NCBI RefSeq assembly: GCF_006345805.1
Contig: NC_043005.1
Coordinates: forward strand, 19,344,001 to 19,408,000
Direction: 5' to 3'
Source: Octopus sinensis
Lineage: Eukaryota
DNA length: 64,000 nucleotides
The position numbers and the translations under genes were made by a program. The notes below the pieces were generated by a model. That model worked only from the letters and a program-made list of their open reading frames with translations. It had not been told where the DNA came from and did not search any database. Shown here one piece after another: positions 61,268 to 64,000 of the stretch; the stretch's first letter is position 1, and each line of letters begins with the position of its first letter.

Positions 61268-63249
61268 CTATATATATAATGCAAATATTTATATATATTA
61301 TGCTTCATTATATGTTTCTGGAGGTTTTTTCTAAATGGAAAGACTTTGCTTCTATTAAAATTCTAACATTTTGCCGTCGAGACCTGCGCTGTTCCATTCT
61401 TTCTTTTTTTCAGATATTTGTCAAGTAGAGACTTTTCCTGTCATCTTTTTAGCATGGTATTCTTTAGTTCTATTTTAGCTGTTTTTAGCGTTTACTAGTA
61501 GCCTCAAGGTAATACATCCTTATTTTTAAGTATTGTTTTGCTAATTCATTTAATGTCCAGTCAAGAATATAATGCTTAGGACAGAAATGGTCGAACTGTC
61601 TATTAGACATGTTTGTTCTCATTACCGATAATGATATCTGGACAGTTCGCTTTACCCTTCCCTCTTATCCATCTGGACAGATTCATTTCATATCACTTAA
61701 TCAAGCCGTTTCCAAAAAGACTGTTTGTTACATATTTATATCCCTTTTTCGTTATCAAGTTCAAAGTAACAGCCTATAGCCTACAGCTTTGTCGAATTTA
61801 CCAAAGATACGAATGTTTAAATCTATTTTGAAACATGATAATATAAAGAGAGAGAGAGGTAGAGAGAGGATGAAAGAAGTTTCTGTATGCCTAATTACAA
61901 GTAAACAGAGAAAAGATATTATTAGTCATTTAATATATAAAAGGGGATTGAGGGATTGCTGGAAATAGCAAGATATATGGAGAAAGAAAGATAGAGGCAT
62001 AGAGAGGCAGACAGACACAAATACATATGCAAGAACAAATATAAAAAACGTGTAGGTTTCTCTGTGTGTGTGTGAGTGTAAATATATGTGAATGTGTATT
62101 TGTTTCGCTCTGCTTACTTGTTTATGTAGACTTCTACATACATCTGCTTCTCTACGTTCTGGTAAGGATTGCTTCGAGACTCCTAACTCATTCACAGACT
62201 CACACTCTTTTCCTGTCTGCAAAAGAATATACGGGCATATTGTGTCTATGACTGTGAGAATGTGACATTCTGTCACACCCCCTCTCTTTATCTCTGATTC
62301 TCTTCCCTCTGTCTTTCTCTCTCTCTCTCCCTTTCTCCTTTCCTCGCTTTTTTCAATTTCTAAAACTTATAAACACCTTCCCTTTTATACTGAATTTTCC
62401 AATACAGTATCTACTAAAATTCATTCAAAAATTAAAAGGAAACAGAACAATTTTTTAATGGCTAAATCACAATAGGGAGGGCGGCTTTCGGTATTCAGGT
62501 AAGAAGAGAGATATTACCTCCAGGAAAGAGACCCAACCCTAATGGTTTTAACAGTGTGTGGAGTCCGCTAAAATTACACAGGGGATATGTAATGAAATTA
62601 AACTGAGCAACTGATTAATTCTATCAACCAAGAACAACAGTTCCCATGTATCTAAATATCATCTACAAAGCTTTCAGTTTTCCTAGGCTATGGTAGAAGA
62701 AATTTGCCCATGGAAGGTCTTCTGGGTTTTAAACTGAAATCACCTAGATTGGTGTCGATAAATTTGATACTACATCTTTTGACTAGGAGTGGGGGTGATG
62801 AGATGCAAGTTCACCTTGACAGGATTTGAAACCAGAACTCAGAGAAACGTGAGAAAAAATGTATACGGTTCAGTTGAAAAGTGAAGTCCACCATAGCGGG
62901 ATCTGAACTGAGAATATAGCTGTAGGAAATATACTCTAAGACAGTACTTCTCAAACTATCTGATGTAGTGCACCGGCAGCTTTTTTCCAATGTGCTAGGG
63001 ACCGGTAATATTTCTTAGTTATATTAATTTATACCGGAAACAATATATATAATAAAGTAAAATTTATGGCTTTCCTGAATTTTGGGGTTAGTAGCCCGCG
63101 CTCTTAACCACTACGCCGTACATTTCCATTGTTCTTATTATCCAGGAGTGTAGTATCATATCGTATACTTTTGGATGGTCAACCTATGCTATGCTCAGGT
63201 TTGTGTGTCTTCTCTTGCAGTTTCTGATAATTTGATTATCGATTAAAAG

Positions 63250-63640
63250 CTAATGCTTCGTTCCCCGGCTCCTCTTTCGGCACCCTTTCTCTTCAATAGG
63301 TAGCAGCCCACTTTTGTCCAAGTATCTATACGATTCACCGGCCAAAGCACCTGACATTAGTTTCCACATTAGCGGAAGACACGATACTGGTCGAAAGTTG
63401 GATGCTACATTTCCCTTTTCAGGATCCTTGGCATATAAAAATGTCTTTCCTTTTATCATCCAGCTGGGTACTGCTCCTTCTTGCAAGCACTCATCTAGCT
63501 GTTTCGTTATCCTTTCATGGGGCCCTCTCAGCTTCTTCATCCAATAACCTTGGACCCCATCCGGTCCTGGACTCTTCCAATTTGGGAATTTTCTTAAGAG
63601 CTTTTTTTATTATTTCTTTTTATTATTTCTTGTACTGAGG
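63250..63640 (-). mobile_element. R4/Dong-like RT N-terminal fragment
   Basis: [49 protein letters not shown]. Confidence 0.88.
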
Positions 63641-64000
63641 TCTGTGATAATGAGCTAGAGAAGAGACAGAGGTTGAAAAATTTAAATAACTTATGAATCT
63701 AGCAATGATATAATTCCTGAGTTCTCTAGTTGCAAGATGATAAATCATTTCATTGTACTGCTGCAGCTGAGTTTGCTTGATTCTTACAAGTTGTGAACAA
63801 CACCCGTTAGCCTTGACAAGTTTGTCGAACCAATATTTTGAAATTCTTTTTCCTGCTCTAAACGTTACCAGCAGAAATTTTGCATAGTTAACTTATTCCG
63901 CACATACTGTATGTCATTGCATAGTTTAACGTCTTGCTATCTTAACATCATTTTGCTATCCAAGGTCACGATTGGAATATAAAAGAGAATATATCAAATT

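Noticed and set aside
61400-61830. Possible Penelope remnant on the minus strand
   Set aside because: Only a faint motif resemblance.

Overview
AT-rich eukaryotic genomic DNA, most likely from an octopod cephalopod (inferred from the tRNA-derived SINE families and extreme microsatellite density; not database-checked). I cannot support any intact host protein-coding gene. Nearly all ORFs in the track are microsatellite translations or transposon debris. The window holds four tRNA-derived SINE families, labelled A-D here; decayed RTE LINEs; restriction-like-endonuclease (R4/Dong-type) LINEs, including 3' ends stacked in (TAA)n and (CATA)n arrays; five Penelope-like remnants; a full-length decayed Chapaev3-type (CMC) transposon; a pogo fragment; MITEs; and a 5S rRNA-derived copy. 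The most interesting signals are: type I hammerhead ribozyme folds in Penelope pseudo-LTRs (two with intact cores); SINE concatemers joined at one invariant self-complementary junction; an RLE retrotransposon that may target (CATA)n; and a possible 5S-headed SINE chimera. All family assignments come from motif recognition by eye, and fragment boundaries without a TSD or TIR are approximate.
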